22,366 bases of DNA from a virus (lineage: Duplodnaviria; Heunggongvirae; Uroviricota; Caudoviricetes): the IMG/VR virus record IMGVR_UViG_3300006919_000037; one strand, 5' to 3'. Made by a program: the position numbers and the translations under genes. The notes beneath the pieces are model-generated. The model did no database searches. It saw nothing but the letters and a program-made list of their open reading frames with translations, and was not told where the DNA came from. Of this stretch, positions 20,936-22,366 are shown one piece after another (within the stretch, counting starts at the first letter, position 1; each line of letters begins with the position of its first letter).

Positions 20936-21563
20936 TTTCGTCTCCCTGTTCTTCTGTGTATTTATAGGCACAGTATCCTTTGTATTTTCCTCTGGTCAGG
21001 TTGGACTGTCCATTCGTTCCAAGTCCATTATCAATACACCATTTTCTAAGGTTGGTGATATTTTCCTTTTTACCATCAGGGTGTGTGATAACCCATTTCA
21101 TCTGGTTGGCATTACGGACTGCTTTTTTCTGAAAGTCTGTTTGTGTACATCCCAACCTAGATTTTTGAAGTCTTTCAAGTCTCTCTAGTTTTACTTCTTC
21201 AGGTAGTGCTTTCCATTGTGCTTTTTTCGTAGCAGACATTTTGTTGATTGCTGTTTCATCAAGTGAGTTGGCAAAACACTGATTGTACCCATTGGGCCAT
21301 ATTGTATTGTAGTGTACCATCCAATGATTTTCACGGTCATTCAGTTGATCATGTGGCACATCATCCTCTAAGACGATATACTCAAAATTCTCCATCCCAT
21401 ATTTTCTCAGTGACCGGTGGAAATAGTAGTCTGACCCCTCTATCAATGCTTTGCTCTTGTGTCCAGACTTACGTTGATTTGGATGTATGGTTTGTCCAAC
21501 GTATCTCTTTCCAGTCTTTGGGTTATGGTAGCAGTATATGATACCGGTTCTGATCTTTTTCAT
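20922..21563 (-). mobile_element. Free-standing GIY-YIG homing endonuclease (Seg-like) CDS
   Basis: GIIYCY...RYVGQT, conserved R/E and GYN; C-terminal HPDG...ITNLRKWC DNA-binding-type module; inserted between gp23 and gp3. Confidence 0.88.
20959..20966 (-). promoter_or_regulatory. Canonical T4 late promoter TATAAATA
   Basis: Exact match, embedded in the last codons of the endonuclease gene, upstream of the gp3 unit. Confidence 0.75.
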
Positions 21564-21619
21564 GGATACCTTCTCCACATTAAGTTACATATAGTATATA
21601 ATATAGTGTAGTCATGGGT

Positions 21620-21644
21620 AAAAAAGAAGGGCCGAAGCCCTTCT
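21620..21644 (-). terminator. Rho-independent terminator after gp23 with a C(UUCG)G tetraloop
   Basis: AGAAGGGC-TTCG-GCCCTTCT followed by TTTTT. Confidence 0.92.
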
Positions 21645-21698
21645 AATCTTGAGTGGTTAACCCACTTCTTGTTTTTATTGAATGAAATCAATAACTTA

Positions 21699-22366
21699 CT
21701 ACATCAAGTTCCTCACCCGGAAAAGTCTGTAGTAGATGTTTGCATGGTTCACGAAGTCTTCGATCACACCAGTTCCAGCAGAGGTTGCATATGGGTTGGC
21801 TACCATACCGTAACGTGTCTTGAAGCCGATCTTAGGCTGCATGGTGTTCTCACCAACGGCACGAACCATCTGGAGAGGAACGTATGGGCAATAGAACAGT
21901 CCAGCATCGTAAGGGGATGTACCCTTGTAGCCTACACAAACAAGCTCATCACCGTTTGCTGTTCCACCGAAGTAAGGATCAATATAGACCTTCATACGAC
22001 CGTGCATTGTACCTGCAAAGGTGTTGCCTGTGTCATCAACTGACAGGTTGGCATTAAGTGCTGGGGTATAGTCCAGAACACCAGCCATTGAAAGAGCAGA
22101 AGCAATGTCAGAGGAAACGATCATTACGTTACCCTTACCACGTCTTGTTGCACGAGCAATAGCATTGGCTTCACGTTCAATCTGGAAAATCAATCCCTTG
22201 AATTTTTCAACTGACCAACGACCGTTTGAGTCGGTGTCGAGGTCAAACGTACCAGCAGTTGTAGTGTTCGTCTGAGCACCACGGGTAGCTGTGTGATAGA
22301 TTGTACGGATAACTTCACGGTTGATTTCTGCAAGGATTTCTGTTGACAGAATGTTTGCAAGCTCAG
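21699..22366 (-). CDS. gp23: Major capsid protein gp23, 3' part, truncated by the window edge
   Basis: The frame continues to the edge: ELANILSTEILAEINREVIRTIY...GRWSVEKFKGL...YCPYVPLQM...QPKIGFKTRYG. Confidence 0.98.
   Translation of the reverse strand, partial: ELANILSTEILAEINREVIRTIYHTATRGAQTNTTTAGTFDLDTDSNGRWSVEKFKGLIFQIEREANAIARATRRGKGNVMIVSSDIASALSMAGVLDYTPALNANLSVDDTGNTFAGTMHGRMKVYIDPYFGGTANGDELVCVGYKGTSPYDAGLFYCPYVPLQMVRAVGENTMQPKIGFKTRYGMVANPYATSAGTGVIEDFVNHANIYYRLFRVRNLM

Noticed and set aside
14323-22043. Numerous 60-130 aa plus-strand ORFs opposite gp46, gp47, gp55, uvsW, uvsY and gp23
   Set aside because: Antisense shadows of conserved genes with no recognisable motifs.

Overview
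Segment of a large T4-like (myovirus) phage genome; almost all genes are on the minus strand. Read in the direction of transcription (right to left): 3' end of major capsid gp23, a UUCG terminator, a free-standing GIY-YIG endonuclease, gp3, uvsY, uvsW, gp55 late sigma factor and gp47/gp46 (Mre11/Rad50-like). The gp23-gp3-uvsY-uvsW-gp55-gp47-gp46 order resembles cyanophage/alphaproteobacterial-type T4-like phages rather than T4 itself. A ~10 kb accessory region follows, containing a GGQ peptidyl-tRNA hydrolase-like protein, 13 conventional tRNA genes, 2 aberrant tRNA-like elements, many small ORFs (several below the ORF-track cutoff) and an NAD salvage operon (NadM-Nudix, NAMPT, SDR epimerase). 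The window ends with a HEXXH-vWA / MoxR AAA+ pair, a GT-A glycosyltransferase and the 5' end of dNMP kinase. The most unusual signals are: (1) a hairpin with an identical GG-AUAGA-CC core 32-33 nt upstream of both NAD salvage genes, a candidate undescribed cis-regulatory RNA; (2) a D-armless, rearranged tRNA-Arg(ACG)-like RNA; (3) a 35-aa mini-lipoprotein hidden between tRNAs; (4) 7 GANTC sites within 125 bp next to an antisense sigma70 promoter between uvsW and gp55; (5) non-canonical anticodon arms suggestive of anticodon-nuclease evasion. All calls were made by eye, without database searches.
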